Shown: positions 9,708 through 17,077 of the stretch, piece after piece
How the letters are laid out: every line of letters starts with the position of its first letter
How positions within the stretch are numbered: position 1 is the first letter of the stretch
Source of the DNA: Escherichia coli
Lineage (GTDB): Bacteria > Pseudomonadota > Gammaproteobacteria > Enterobacterales > Enterobacteriaceae
Length of the DNA: 21,426 bases
Strand: one strand, 5' to 3'
Assembly: GCF_003334765.1 (NCBI RefSeq)
Contig: NZ_QOWT01000047.1
Position numbers and translations under genes: made by a program
Notes under the pieces: model-generated
Told to the model about the DNA's origin: nothing
The model's database searches: none
The model's input: the letters and a program-made list of their open reading frames with translations, nothing else

Positions 9708-10553
9708 TTGAACAATTGGTCACCAGAGCATACAAAAGTCATCAAGAGCTGGTTTAAGATTGATACATATCGCAAATTTGAAGACCTCTCATTGATTCAG
9801 TTCTACCATGAGATATGGGCCCGTAAATTGTTCTTTAAGGAGTATCGGGAAGAGTTTGAGAGCAGAGCACTTGCGGGTTACTTCTCAAAAATTTTTAGTG
9901 GCAATCCTTTTTTAATTGAAGAAGGACAACTGGGATACATGACTCCTGCCAACAAACTTTTTCAACCTCCCCATTTCTTTCTCACAACTCTTGATCGCCT
10001 TGCTGAAACGAGCATTATTGCAATGCAACGTGGAGGTTTTCTTTGGCATGAAGGTGATAATTATTCTATAAACGCAGAGCTTCGAGAAGAATCACTTTCA
10101 GACATTATGCCAGATCAGTTTACACGAACGATCATGTTCGAGATTGATCTGGCAAGTGGCACAGACGAAGAGATTGCAGAGTCGCTTAAAGCTGCATTAC
10201 CGCAGTGGCGTAAAGTTAAGGGTATTGATGAAAACCCATTGGAATCTGTTCGTTTTGGATACGGAACTATCAAGAAACTCATCAGTTATCGTGTAATACC
10301 TATGCTTGATATCCTGGTGTGGGCAGCCGTTAAAAAAATCCGTGTCTCTGACGACAGGTTATCCAGACTACTATATACAGACGATGACGAAGAAAGCGAA
10401 ATGAGACAGTCCAGCCAAATCAAAGATACCGACAGGCCTTTGGCTCTTAAATCCTGCACAACTGACTTTATCCGACAATTCCATTACTTCATGAACAAAA
10501 ACAGCCATTTAAAGCAAATGAAAGTCTCTGATGTAATGAAACTATCGGATTAA
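9708..10553 (+). CDS. hypothetical protein, 281 aa, no recognisable motif
   Basis: The ORF is 846 nt and has no competing frame. It has a TTG start with GGAGA at 9696-9700, 7 nt upstream. A terminator follows it and an AlpA-family gene comes next. I cannot assign a function from the sequence. Confidence 0.6.
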   Translation: MNNWSPEHTKVIKSWFKIDTYRKFEDLSLIQFYHEIWARKLFFKEYREEFESRALAGYFSKIFSGNPFLIEEGQLGYMTPANKLFQPPHFFLTTLDRLAETSIIAMQRGGFLWHEGDNYSINAELREESLSDIMPDQFTRTIMFEIDLASGTDEEIAESLKAALPQWRKVKGIDENPLESVRFGYGTIKKLISYRVIPMLDILVWAAVKKIRVSDDRLSRLLYTDDDEESEMRQSSQIKDTDRPLALKSCTTDFIRQFHYFMNKNSHLKQMKVSDVMKLSD

Positions 10554-10597
10554 GAGTTAATTAATAACTGTCTGTTTTTTTATTATAAAAATAAACT

Positions 10598-10628
10598 AAA
10601 AGCACTACTGTAAATGGTGCTTTTTTTT
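10598..10628 (+). terminator. Rho-independent terminator after the 281-aa ORF
   Basis: The stem is AAAAGCAC (10598-10605) paired with GTGCTTTT (10617-10624), with an 11-nt loop and a T-run extending to 10628. Confidence 0.65.
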
Positions 10629-10835
10629 GCGATTTTTACTTTAAACCGGCCATTTTTACACTTGCTATAAAACAGGGGAATTTCAGCTACTCTCAAGTTC
10701 CCTTGTTCTGTACTGCACCAACTTCGAGAAAACCATCCTGCACAGCAGCGAAGAACCTCCGCTTCAGGAGCTTCGCTCCTTTCTTTTCCCAACTGCTCGT
10801 ATAGTGACTTCACCGCAACGACAAGGGATAACGAA

Positions 10836-11042
10836 ATGAAAAATCAAGCAACCCGCCTCATACGCTTACCAGAAGTTCTCGAACGAACTGGCTACGGAAA
10901 AGCCTGGATCTATCGTCTGATCAACGATGGCAAGTTTCCTGCTCCTGTCAAAATTGGAAGTCGTGCAATAGCTTTCGTTGAAAGTGAGATTGATAGCTGG
11001 ATTCAGTCTGTTATCGAAACAAGTCGAAATAATGTTGCTTAA
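10836..11042 (+). CDS. AlpA-family (MerR-like HTH) phage/island regulatory protein or excisionase-like protein, 68 aa
   Basis: ..RLIRLPEVLERTGYGKAWIYRLINDGKFPAPVKIGSRAIAFVESEIDSWI.. is the typical AlpA/Phage_AlpA signature: R-L-x-E-V-x-x-x-T-G-x-S-x-x-x-I-Y-x-x-x-x-x-G-x-F-P-x-P-x-K-x-G, then W-x-x-x-E-I-x-x-W. Confidence 0.85.
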   Translation: MKNQATRLIRLPEVLERTGYGKAWIYRLINDGKFPAPVKIGSRAIAFVESEIDSWIQSVIETSRNNVA

Positions 11043-11062
11043 TTGAATTTAGGAGAGATTTT

Positions 11063-11362
11063 ATGACTATCGAAGAATTTGTGAATGAAGAAAACCATAT
11101 GTGTAATCTGGGCCAGGAACTATTCTTTAAAATTTTCGAGCCTGAATCGATTTATAATTTACCCAATAACGAGTTTAATAAAGAAATAATATATTGGCTC
11201 AGTCAGTATCTTGTCGGAAATTTGATACAACCTTTAGACGCGATCTCAGAGCTTAATGCTTCCAAACAAATATATGTTTACGAGACTTGGTTTTCGCTAA
11301 TTAAATGCCCTGATGAAATGAAACTCTTGGCGAAGCGGATAATTGAATATTTATTGGATTAA
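11063..11362 (+). CDS. hypothetical protein, 99 aa
   Basis: An ATG is preceded by AGGAGA 6-7 nt upstream, and the ORF begins 20 nt after the AlpA-family gene stop. No motif is recognisable. Confidence 0.6.
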   Translation: MTIEEFVNEENHMCNLGQELFFKIFEPESIYNLPNNEFNKEIIYWLSQYLVGNLIQPLDAISELNASKQIYVYETWFSLIKCPDEMKLLAKRIIEYLLD

Positions 11363-11610
11363 GAAATTCATATGGCAATGCAAAGTTTTGCTGCATATTT
11401 TAGATTAAAACGTTAAAGAATAACTTGCATTATTTTTATGACCGTTCTTTTGCAAGGCAGTGAGATGGTTTTAGGTGGGTTGGGTGTGCATAATATTAAT
11501 AGTGTTAGGACGGTTTTTAGTATTAAGAAGTAATAATAATAGCCATTGGTGAAAATTATGACGGGATTTTTACCATGACATTTCATATTAATAAGTATAG
11601 GAAAGTTAAA

Positions 11611-11886
11611 ATGAATAATTCAATCATAGTACCAGAAGATAAAGATTTTGTATGTGCGTTTGCGACTTCACCGAATAGCTTTTATGAGGCTATTGAATCC
11701 TATCGTAATTATGTAGATCTAGTCCAAGAGATAGAGTTCGAGCACGTCTTTCTTTATTTATTGTTTTCTATAGTGGTCAATGGTAGTACAGATATTACGA
11801 TTAATGATGAAGTACGAATGTGTATTGAGCAGCTTGTCTATGAAAAAAATAGTATCAGAAATAATAATGCAGATAAAAAGATGTAA
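11611..11886 (+). CDS. hypothetical protein, 91 aa (the ORF track starts it at 11575)
   Basis: The internal ATG at 11611 has AGGAAA about 8 nt upstream, whereas ATG 11575 has no SD. A strong terminator follows at 11908. No motif is recognisable. Confidence 0.5.
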   Translation: MNNSIIVPEDKDFVCAFATSPNSFYEAIESYRNYVDLVQEIEFEHVFLYLLFSIVVNGSTDITINDEVRMCIEQLVYEKNSIRNNNADKKM

Positions 11887-11907
11887 AGGCTGTAATAAAT
11901 TATCATG

Positions 11908-11942
11908 GGTACAGACAGCACAAGTCTGTACCTTCTTATTTT
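11908..11942 (+). terminator. Rho-independent terminator
   Basis: GGTACAGAC-agcacaa-GTCTGTACC is a perfect 9-bp stem, followed by TTCTTATTTT. Confidence 0.75.
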
Positions 11943-12057
11943 AATTCAACAGATAATGATACATGAAAATTATGTGCTTTTGATAGTGGTCATCTGGTTT
12001 TCTATAGTAAACATTATAGGATATAGGTTATCCTGAATTTTAATATTATGCTCTTTT

Positions 12058-12363
12058 TTATTTAAAAGAGCTGAAAAATACAGGATTTAAATGGTGTTGG
12101 TATTTAAACTCAGTAGGTATAGTAACACTCGCATCAATCAGTTCTGTGATAGCCTGATAAAATTGAGTGGGTGTAATATGTATCCCTTCTTGCTGTGCTA
12201 TGGGCGTAACACGATGAAAAATTAGGTAAACAATGCTCTTATCTGGCTTATACGACGCGATTAATGTAAGCAACCAGAATACATTGTGAATAGTAGTGTT
12301 AAGATTATGACTTTCAACTGATGATTGATTATTTTGAAAGTAAGTGGAGAGTCTTTTTTGCAT
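12058..12363 (-). CDS. hypothetical protein, 101 aa, downstream of the RepL-like gene
   Basis: The ORF has an ATG start but no obvious SD. A GCGTGG/CCACGC hairpin lies between it and the upstream gene. It is called on length and operon position only. Confidence 0.4.
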   Translation of the reverse strand: MQKRLSTYFQNNQSSVESHNLNTTIHNVFWLLTLIASYKPDKSIVYLIFHRVTPIAQQEGIHITPTQFYQAITELIDASVTIPTEFKYQHHLNPVFFSSFK

Positions 12364-12427
12364 AAAGGTATCGTTTTTTTGTTAATGTTATCACTCGCGT
12401 GGAGAAAATTACCACGCTGTAATGTTT

Positions 12428-12991
12428 TTAAAATGGAATGCCGTCTGCAGGATTTCGTCTTCTGGAGTTTTTAACTGATTTTGTTTTACTCCAGGCACGA
12501 TAAAAATTAAACGAATTGGCAAAATCTTCTGTCTCCAGTCTGGATTTTCTGAATTTATCCATCAGATCTTCATTGAAACGACGAGGAATTCCCTTAACGC
12601 ACAAGTTTGAATTCAGATATACCTGATTATCTATGGTGTCACGAATAAGTATTTTTTTTCCAAATAACTCTTTGAATGCACGTGAAACATTTGATTTATT
12701 CAGCCCAAGCTCTTTGGCAGTACGTGACTGTGAAAAATCAGGAATAATATTACCGTAATCAATGGCTGAGAAGAGATAAATCACAATTCTAAATGCTGTA
12801 GGCGTCAAATCCATTCTGGCGAGTGTCGCCATATTACCTTTAAATACCATTGAGAAATCGTCCTTGAAGGACGTCTTTTTATAGCTGGTTGCTTTAATTT
12901 TTATTTCTTCTAGATCTTCGGGCATAACCTCTAATGCTTCTGCAATAATGGATTTTTGTTCTTTAGTTAATACAACACTTGTGATTGACAT
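12428..12991 (-). CDS. RepL-like winged-helix replication initiator candidate, 187 aa
   Basis: The ATG has GGAG 7 nt upstream. The core ..LTPTAFRIVIYLFSAIDYGNIIPDFSQSRTAKELGLNKSNVSRAFKELFGKKILIRDT..VYLNSNLCVKG follows the RepL (PF05732-type) pattern as I recall it. That pattern is: name-list helix, 'N-x-I/V' segment, then an HTH 'eiAeeLGisrstVsrai..L.ekglI', then 'y.iNP.i..kG'. An iteron array and an AT-rich tract lie immediately upstream. The C-terminus is ...NPADGIPF. Confidence 0.65.
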   Translation of the reverse strand: MSITSVVLTKEQKSIIAEALEVMPEDLEEIKIKATSYKKTSFKDDFSMVFKGNMATLARMDLTPTAFRIVIYLFSAIDYGNIIPDFSQSRTAKELGLNKSNVSRAFKELFGKKILIRDTIDNQVYLNSNLCVKGIPRRFNEDLMDKFRKSRLETEDFANSFNFYRAWSKTKSVKNSRRRNPADGIPF

Positions 12992-13020
12992 AATGGCTCC
13001 TTTTTTATTGTTGTGATTAC

Positions 13021-13049
13021 AGATATGGCATATTTAATTTATTTGTCAA
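13021..13049 (-). promoter_or_regulatory. candidate sigma70 promoter for the RepL-like gene
   Basis: On the minus strand the sequence is TTGACA (13049-13044), a 17-nt spacer, then ATATCT (13026-13021). This lies about 30 nt upstream of the ATG at 12991. The -35 is a perfect match and the -10 is weak. Confidence 0.35.
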
Positions 13050-13444
13050 TGGTTTTGATGATATTATTTTAATTATATCTTATTTGAATTTTTTATCCGT
13101 TCTTTGGTGGTGGTAATAGGTTGTAAAATTTGAAACGAGGGGTGCTAAATTTAACCATCACCTGTTATGTGATTGATAATTTTTGGTGCTGAAATTAACA
13201 ACGGCATATTTTGTATAATCATATGATTTTATTAGATAATTTTTGATTTTGATCTGCAAGATAAAAGAGTGATAAAGAAATAAGAAACCACAGTTTTGCA
13301 TTTGATCGATACTCAAGGCCTTGGTGTACCTGATGAAAACATTTTTATTATTGCTTTTCTTAAATAATATCATTTGTAAATTGAAGCCTGCGCAACTGTG
13401 TGTTACGCCCCATTGGGCTTCAGAACATCACTATAGTGTTTTCA

Positions 13445-13580
13445 GTCAGTATAAATACGCTTCGCGCACGAGTTCACAGTATTTAGGTTTACTGTCATTA
13501 AAAATACGCTTCGTGCAGAAGTTCAGAAAAATGGGGTTAGCTGTCAGCACAAATACGCTTCGCGCAAAAAAAAATCAGGA
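13445..13580. repeat. three direct iterons with a 49-bp period (candidate replication origin)
   Basis: The 16-nt core AAATACGCTTCG[C/T]GCA occurs at 13453-13468, 13502-13517 and 13551-13566, so the spacing is exactly 49 bp. Flanking positions are also shared (GTCA upstream, rAGTTCA downstream). The array sits between a very AT-rich tract (13000-13400) and a GC-rich patch, about 450 bp upstream of the RepL-like gene. Confidence 0.7.
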
Positions 13581-14030
13581 GGCTAAGTTGATCGAGAAAG
13601 CGAACACAGATACATGATTTACCCGTTTGCTGACTACGGCTCACGCCGGGACCCTTCGGAAAAACCCTTTCTGCTTCAGCGAGTGAGTGCTGCGGGCACT
13701 CAGAGGCGCTGCCAGGGAGACAAAATTAAGTTTTTCAACTGTTTGGTAAAAATAATTAACATTTATAGGTAGTCGGGGCGTAAGCCAGTGCGTAGCACGC
13801 TCTCAAAAAATATTCCTGTGGGTTTCTTATCTGCAATAGGGAAATAACTCAGATAATTGATATATGAAAAAACAATACAATCGGGAAGACACAACTTTAG
13901 CACAGTAAAAGCTATTTGTATTTATGAGGAATAAAATATATATGAATAATAAAATATTTTTATTTTGCTATTGATTTTAATTTTTAAGATGATAGTACTT
14001 AATTATAAAAACAAAATAATGGAGGAAATT

Positions 14031-14456
14031 ATGAGTGCTATTAATGTGTTATCTCAGGAGGAAAAATTTATACATGTTGTTGATAAATTTATAACCCATA
14101 ATCACAACGGCGTTAATAACAATGTCTTTTATAAAAAACTTTATGTTCTCTTCGCCGGATATCATCTGAAGTATTTTTATTCACGGGCGCAATATCGCAA
14201 TTCGTGTTATCACGTTGATAATATCATGCAGATGTTTATGGGTGTCGTTTCTACCCTGAAGACCCCTCTGCTCAGGCAACTCGCAAACAGTGACACATTG
14301 CTGCATTGCCTGAATTCGCTCGTGAATTATATTTCAGGCAATCTGGATGAAGCAGAGCACATTTATGCTGATTTACTGGCACAGTATGAAAAGAAACGCA
14401 TTGCACGTTCTCTGGCTTATACACCACCAGGATCCGTGGTCAGGAAAAGACTGTGA
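14031..14456 (+). CDS. hypothetical protein, 141 aa, C-terminus ..PPGSVVRKRL
   Basis: ATG 14031 has GGAGG (14021-14025) 5 nt upstream, while the ORF-track start at 13965 has no SD. No motif is recognisable. The C-terminal tail resembles that of the ankyrin protein. Confidence 0.6.
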   Translation: MSAINVLSQEEKFIHVVDKFITHNHNGVNNNVFYKKLYVLFAGYHLKYFYSRAQYRNSCYHVDNIMQMFMGVVSTLKTPLLRQLANSDTLLHCLNSLVNYISGNLDEAEHIYADLLAQYEKKRIARSLAYTPPGSVVRKRL

Positions 14457-14544
14457 GACATCGGAAATGCGCCGGACAAGGCAGAGTATGGCAGAGTGAC
14501 ATAAAAGCAGTCGTTTCCCGCAAGATATTACCGGGCATTAAAAA

Positions 14545-14573
14545 GGCAGGATCCACCGATTTGGTGTCCTGCC
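14545..14573 (-). terminator. strong hairpin terminator between convergent genes (best U-tract for the minus-strand lipoprotein operon)
   Basis: The hairpin is GGCAGGA..CACC-gattt-GGTG-TCCTGCC: 7 bp, a 2-nt bulge, then 4 bp. On the plus strand it is preceded by AAAAA, which gives a U5 tract after the hairpin on the minus-strand transcript. Confidence 0.6.
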
Positions 14574-14597
14574 TGGCGGGATTATTTTATTGTGGTC

Positions 14598-14918
14598 TTA
14601 CTTATCAACGACCTGCCAGCCATCATCTGTTTTGACCAGCTTGACAGCCGCTGTGCGTTTTTCGTTATCGACAACAGCTGTTACATTGCATTTATAGCTT
14701 TTATCCGATAGTTTTTCGCAGTCGTGTTTTTTGACTGATTTTAACTTCCGCAGCATGTCAGGCGTGATATCGTTTCTCGCTATGGATTTAACGATGGCAT
14801 TCGTCTGCTCCACGACCTTATTCATCGCAGTGTAAATATCCTGCTCAGACGGTTCACTGGTGCAGCCGGTCAGCAAAAAAATGGACGCAATGAGTGTGGT
14901 AAATGCATATGTTTTCAT
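14598..14918 (-). CDS. small lipoprotein, 106 aa
   Basis: MKTYAFTTLIASIFLLTGC is a signal peptide with lipobox L-T-G-C. The mature part ends ..AAVKLVKTDDGWQVVDK, typical of small periplasmic or lipoprotein beta-sheet domains. The function is unknown. Confidence 0.8.
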   Translation of the reverse strand: MKTYAFTTLIASIFLLTGCTSEPSEQDIYTAMNKVVEQTNAIVKSIARNDITPDMLRKLKSVKKHDCEKLSDKSYKCNVTAVVDNEKRTAAVKLVKTDDGWQVVDK

Positions 14919-14944
14919 AAAATAATCCCAGACGGTAGAGTACG

Positions 14945-15343
14945 TTATTGAAAAAGGCCGGTTTTCATCTTGCTGTTGTTTTCAGAGAACGTCCACTTGC
15001 TGACGGTTTCGCCTTTAAATTCGATTTCCAGCGTTTTGGCCTGCGTCTGTGAACCCCCGGTCAGCAGTCCAATCACGGGAATGAATGTGGTGGCATCAAA
15101 CTGATTGTTGTCCATCGAATAAGTCCATTGTTCATTGCCACTATCAAGTGTAGTTTTGGTTTCGGGCTGACCGAATGCGGTAATGATTTCTGATTTCGTT
15201 GTTTTATTTTTGATGATTTTCGACTGCAGACTTTGTGATGTTTCTTTTTTTAGATGCTGGTTGCCTGATGTTGAACAGCCAGAAATAAGTAAAGAAGAAA
15301 TAAAAAACACAGAAATCATGAATCTGTTCATAAGTTTTCTCAT
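14945..15343 (-). CDS. lipoprotein, 132 aa (weak BamE/SmpA-OmlA-like pattern)
   Basis: MRKLMNRFMISVFFISSLLISGC is a signal peptide with lipobox I-S-G-C. ..KSEIITAFGQPETKTTLDSGNEQWTYS.. resembles the 'v...lG.P......g...W.Y' pattern of OmlA-type domains. That similarity is weak. Confidence 0.8.
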   Translation of the reverse strand: MRKLMNRFMISVFFISSLLISGCSTSGNQHLKKETSQSLQSKIIKNKTTKSEIITAFGQPETKTTLDSGNEQWTYSMDNNQFDATTFIPVIGLLTGGSQTQAKTLEIEFKGETVSKWTFSENNSKMKTGLFQ

Positions 15344-15380
15344 ATTAATTTTTTATGTTTGCGGTGGTGTGAAATTAATA

Positions 15381-15656
15381 TCATCTTATAAAAACAACTC
15401 TGTCTGCATATTTCTTTTTAATAATGCAGATAAGAATAATGACGCTGGCAAAAAACGTAATGACTGAGGCAGGAGTGCTGCCGGTCAATGAAAACACTAA
15501 CCAGGCGAGAGCTAATGCCACGAATTGAAACAGGAATGCCACACTGAGTGGACTTTCACCATAGGCCACTTTTGCATGGCAACCTTTGCAAACCCGCACA
15601 CCGTGTGGGCTTTGTGTAAAGCAGAAAGGGCAGCTAATCGTTTTATTATCCATCAT
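15381..15656 (-). CDS. zinc-ribbon membrane protein, 91 aa (N-terminal 4-Cys ribbon plus two predicted TM helices)
   Basis: The four Cys are CPFC-x12-CKGC. Two hydrophobic stretches follow: LSVAFLFQFVALALAWLVFSL and ASVITFFASVIILICII. It is the first gene of a three-gene minus-strand cluster with the two lipoproteins. Confidence 0.7.
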   Translation of the reverse strand: MMDNKTISCPFCFTQSPHGVRVCKGCHAKVAYGESPLSVAFLFQFVALALAWLVFSLTGSTPASVITFFASVIILICIIKKKYADRVVFIR

Positions 15657-15841
15657 GACTCCGTAGCCTGATTTAAGGTGATGTATTTTTGAACATTTTC
15701 GATGAATGAACTGCTTTAGTAAAATTGCTTGTACCGATCGATGGATCTCAGGCGATAGGTTATATCTATTATAACTAGATTATCGATATATAAAAACGAT
15801 CGATATCTTATTGACTATCACTAAAGTATGGACTAGCTAAC

Positions 15842-17077
15842 TTATGGTGCAGGATGGTTGTTGTTTTTAAATGATTGTTCTTTATTGGTATTTGTTGTCA
15901 TGGGATGACAGGGTGTCAGAATATGTAGGTGGAGGATTTGGTGGAAAGGATGTGCAGTGGCATGTAACAGAGACATGCCTCTGCGCCTGAGAAGTGCCAC
16001 AATATGGACGAGCAATACAAGCCATGAATACAGACGACGCTGGCGGGGTATCTGACGAGCTGTATTGTGCAGATTGCTCCTGAGCTGGATGATACCCACT
16101 GTCTCCTGTTGTCTTTCCAGACGAATTTTTTCTTCAAGCTGATGGATTTTCTCCAGAATCGTTTCCCGGTTTGCAGCCTGCTCTTCAGACTCGCATGATG
16201 GCACTGGCACTGGCACTGGCACTGGCACTGGCACTGGCACTGGCGCGGTTGTAGGTTCTATTGGCCTCTGGGCTTCTTTCAGTAAACTCAGATGCTCAGG
16301 CGTAAAATCAATCAGTGCTTGCAGGGAAGACCAGCCATATTTTTTACCCAACTGAGATGCTTTAAAGGCAATACCCTGGTATTGAAATGAAAATCCACTC
16401 ATTTTACCCGTAGTGGCGATATTGGGTTTGCAGGTCACTCCTTCCTGTTCCAGTAAGCGAACAAAGGTTAGTAAATCGGGATGGTGTGTTAATGCATTGT
16501 CGAGCAGGGCCTGCAACAGTGACTTAGGGCAGGGAGCTGCTGTGCGTTCTGCCATCATCAGTTCATTACGGGAAGGCTTCCTTTTATCCTGGCGGCTACT
16601 GCCGGTTACACCCGTAGTTTCGGTGAGGCCGTGTACTCTCTCCAGCTCACTGATAATCCGTGTGCCGATAAGATTTTCATTTTTCCCCAGGTACAGTTTT
16701 CCACCGACCATGTTAATACGACTTGCAATGATATGAATATGCTGCCCATCCGGATCATCGTGCATGATATAGCAGCGAAGATGGGTGTCAGTGAAGCCCA
16801 TTCGGGCCATATAATCGTCAGCGAATGCTGCCCACTGTCTGTTTGACAGTTTCTCACCCTTTGGCAGGCGAAGTGAATTATGCCAGACAGGTTTGGCGAC
16901 ATCGGGACGCAGCAGTCGGGTGCCTTCAAATTCACTTATAAGCTCAGCAGCAGTGCTACCCGTCATGTTGCCACCGATGACATAAGGCGTGATTTTGTGG
17001 TGAGAACCTGACTTCAGGCTATAAATAACCACACCTGTGAATTGTTTACCCCTTTTTATTTTCTGCATGCCTTTCAT
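15842..17077 (-). CDS. MOBP-type relaxase (MobA/VirD2/TraI-RP4 family, relaxase/mobilisation nuclease domain), 411 aa
   Basis: There is an N-terminal candidate catalytic Tyr (..GVVIYSLK..). The motif HDDPDGQHIHI has exactly the HxDxDxxHxH spacing of RP4 TraI (HTDTDNLHIHI) and VirD2. The start overlaps the MobC stop (ATGA). The C-terminal half contains a (PV)7 linker and a hydrophobic segment. Confidence 0.9.
   Translation of the reverse strand: MKGMQKIKRGKQFTGVVIYSLKSGSHHKITPYVIGGNMTGSTAAELISEFEGTRLLRPDVAKPVWHNSLRLPKGEKLSNRQWAAFADDYMARMGFTDTHLRCYIMHDDPDGQHIHIIASRINMVGGKLYLGKNENLIGTRIISELERVHGLTETTGVTGSSRQDKRKPSRNELMMAERTAAPCPKSLLQALLDNALTHHPDLLTFVRLLEQEGVTCKPNIATTGKMSGFSFQYQGIAFKASQLGKKYGWSSLQALIDFTPEHLSLLKEAQRPIEPTTAPVPVPVPVPVPVPVPSCESEEQAANRETILEKIHQLEEKIRLERQQETVGIIQLRSNLHNTARQIPRQRRLYSWLVLLVHIVALLRRRGMSLLHATAHPFHQILHLHILTPCHPMTTNTNKEQSFKNNNHPAP
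16201..16242. repeat. perfect hexanucleotide tandem repeat (GCACTG)x7 inside the relaxase gene, encoding (PV)7
   Basis: Seven perfect units were read directly at 16201-16242. On the coding strand they are CCA GTG codons, giving PVPVPVPVPVPVPV. Confidence 0.95.

Noticed and set aside
10583-10813. 76-aa minus-strand ORF in the intergenic region upstream of the AlpA-family gene
   Set aside because: It has no RBS, overlaps the terminator of the 281-aa gene and the likely AlpA promoter region, and its sequence is not protein-like.
13158-13617. ORFs 13158..13373 (-) and 13321..13617 (+)
   Set aside because: They lie in the AT-rich tract and across the iteron array. The repeated peptide motifs (KYASR/KIRFV/NTLRA) are translations of the iterons. 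The region is interpreted as an origin and not as coding DNA.
14545-14552. Second occurrence of ATCCTGCC (minus strand) as a possible nick site
   Set aside because: It is preceded by G, so it does not fit YATCCTGY. It forms one arm of the terminator hairpin, and no accessory repeats are nearby. About 0.65 chance occurrences of an 8-mer are expected in this window.
14453-14635. 60-aa ORF between convergent genes
   Set aside because: It spans the terminator hairpin, overlaps the 3-prime end of the lipoprotein gene, and has no RBS.
15657-15841. Cluster of short palindromes (ATCGAT, CGATCG, GATATC, direct ATCGATAT x2, GTTATA/TATAAC) and a perfect minus-strand TATAAT at 15768-15773
   Set aside because: This is probably the promoter or operator region of the membrane operon. 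However, the -35 is poor and the repeats are only 6-8 bp, which is too weak to call a specific site.
16201-16242. Tandem repeat considered as a possible CRISPR-like or minisatellite array
   Set aside because: The units are contiguous 6-mers without spacers and lie in-frame inside the relaxase CDS. It is a coding microsatellite. No CRISPR array exists in the window.
15183-16935. ORFs 15183..15467 (+), 15916..16137 (-), 16413..16736 (+), 16606..16935 (-), 16631..16846 (+)
   Set aside because: They overlap the lipoprotein, zinc-ribbon and relaxase genes in alternative frames or antisense. The relaxase frame carries the diagnostic motifs.
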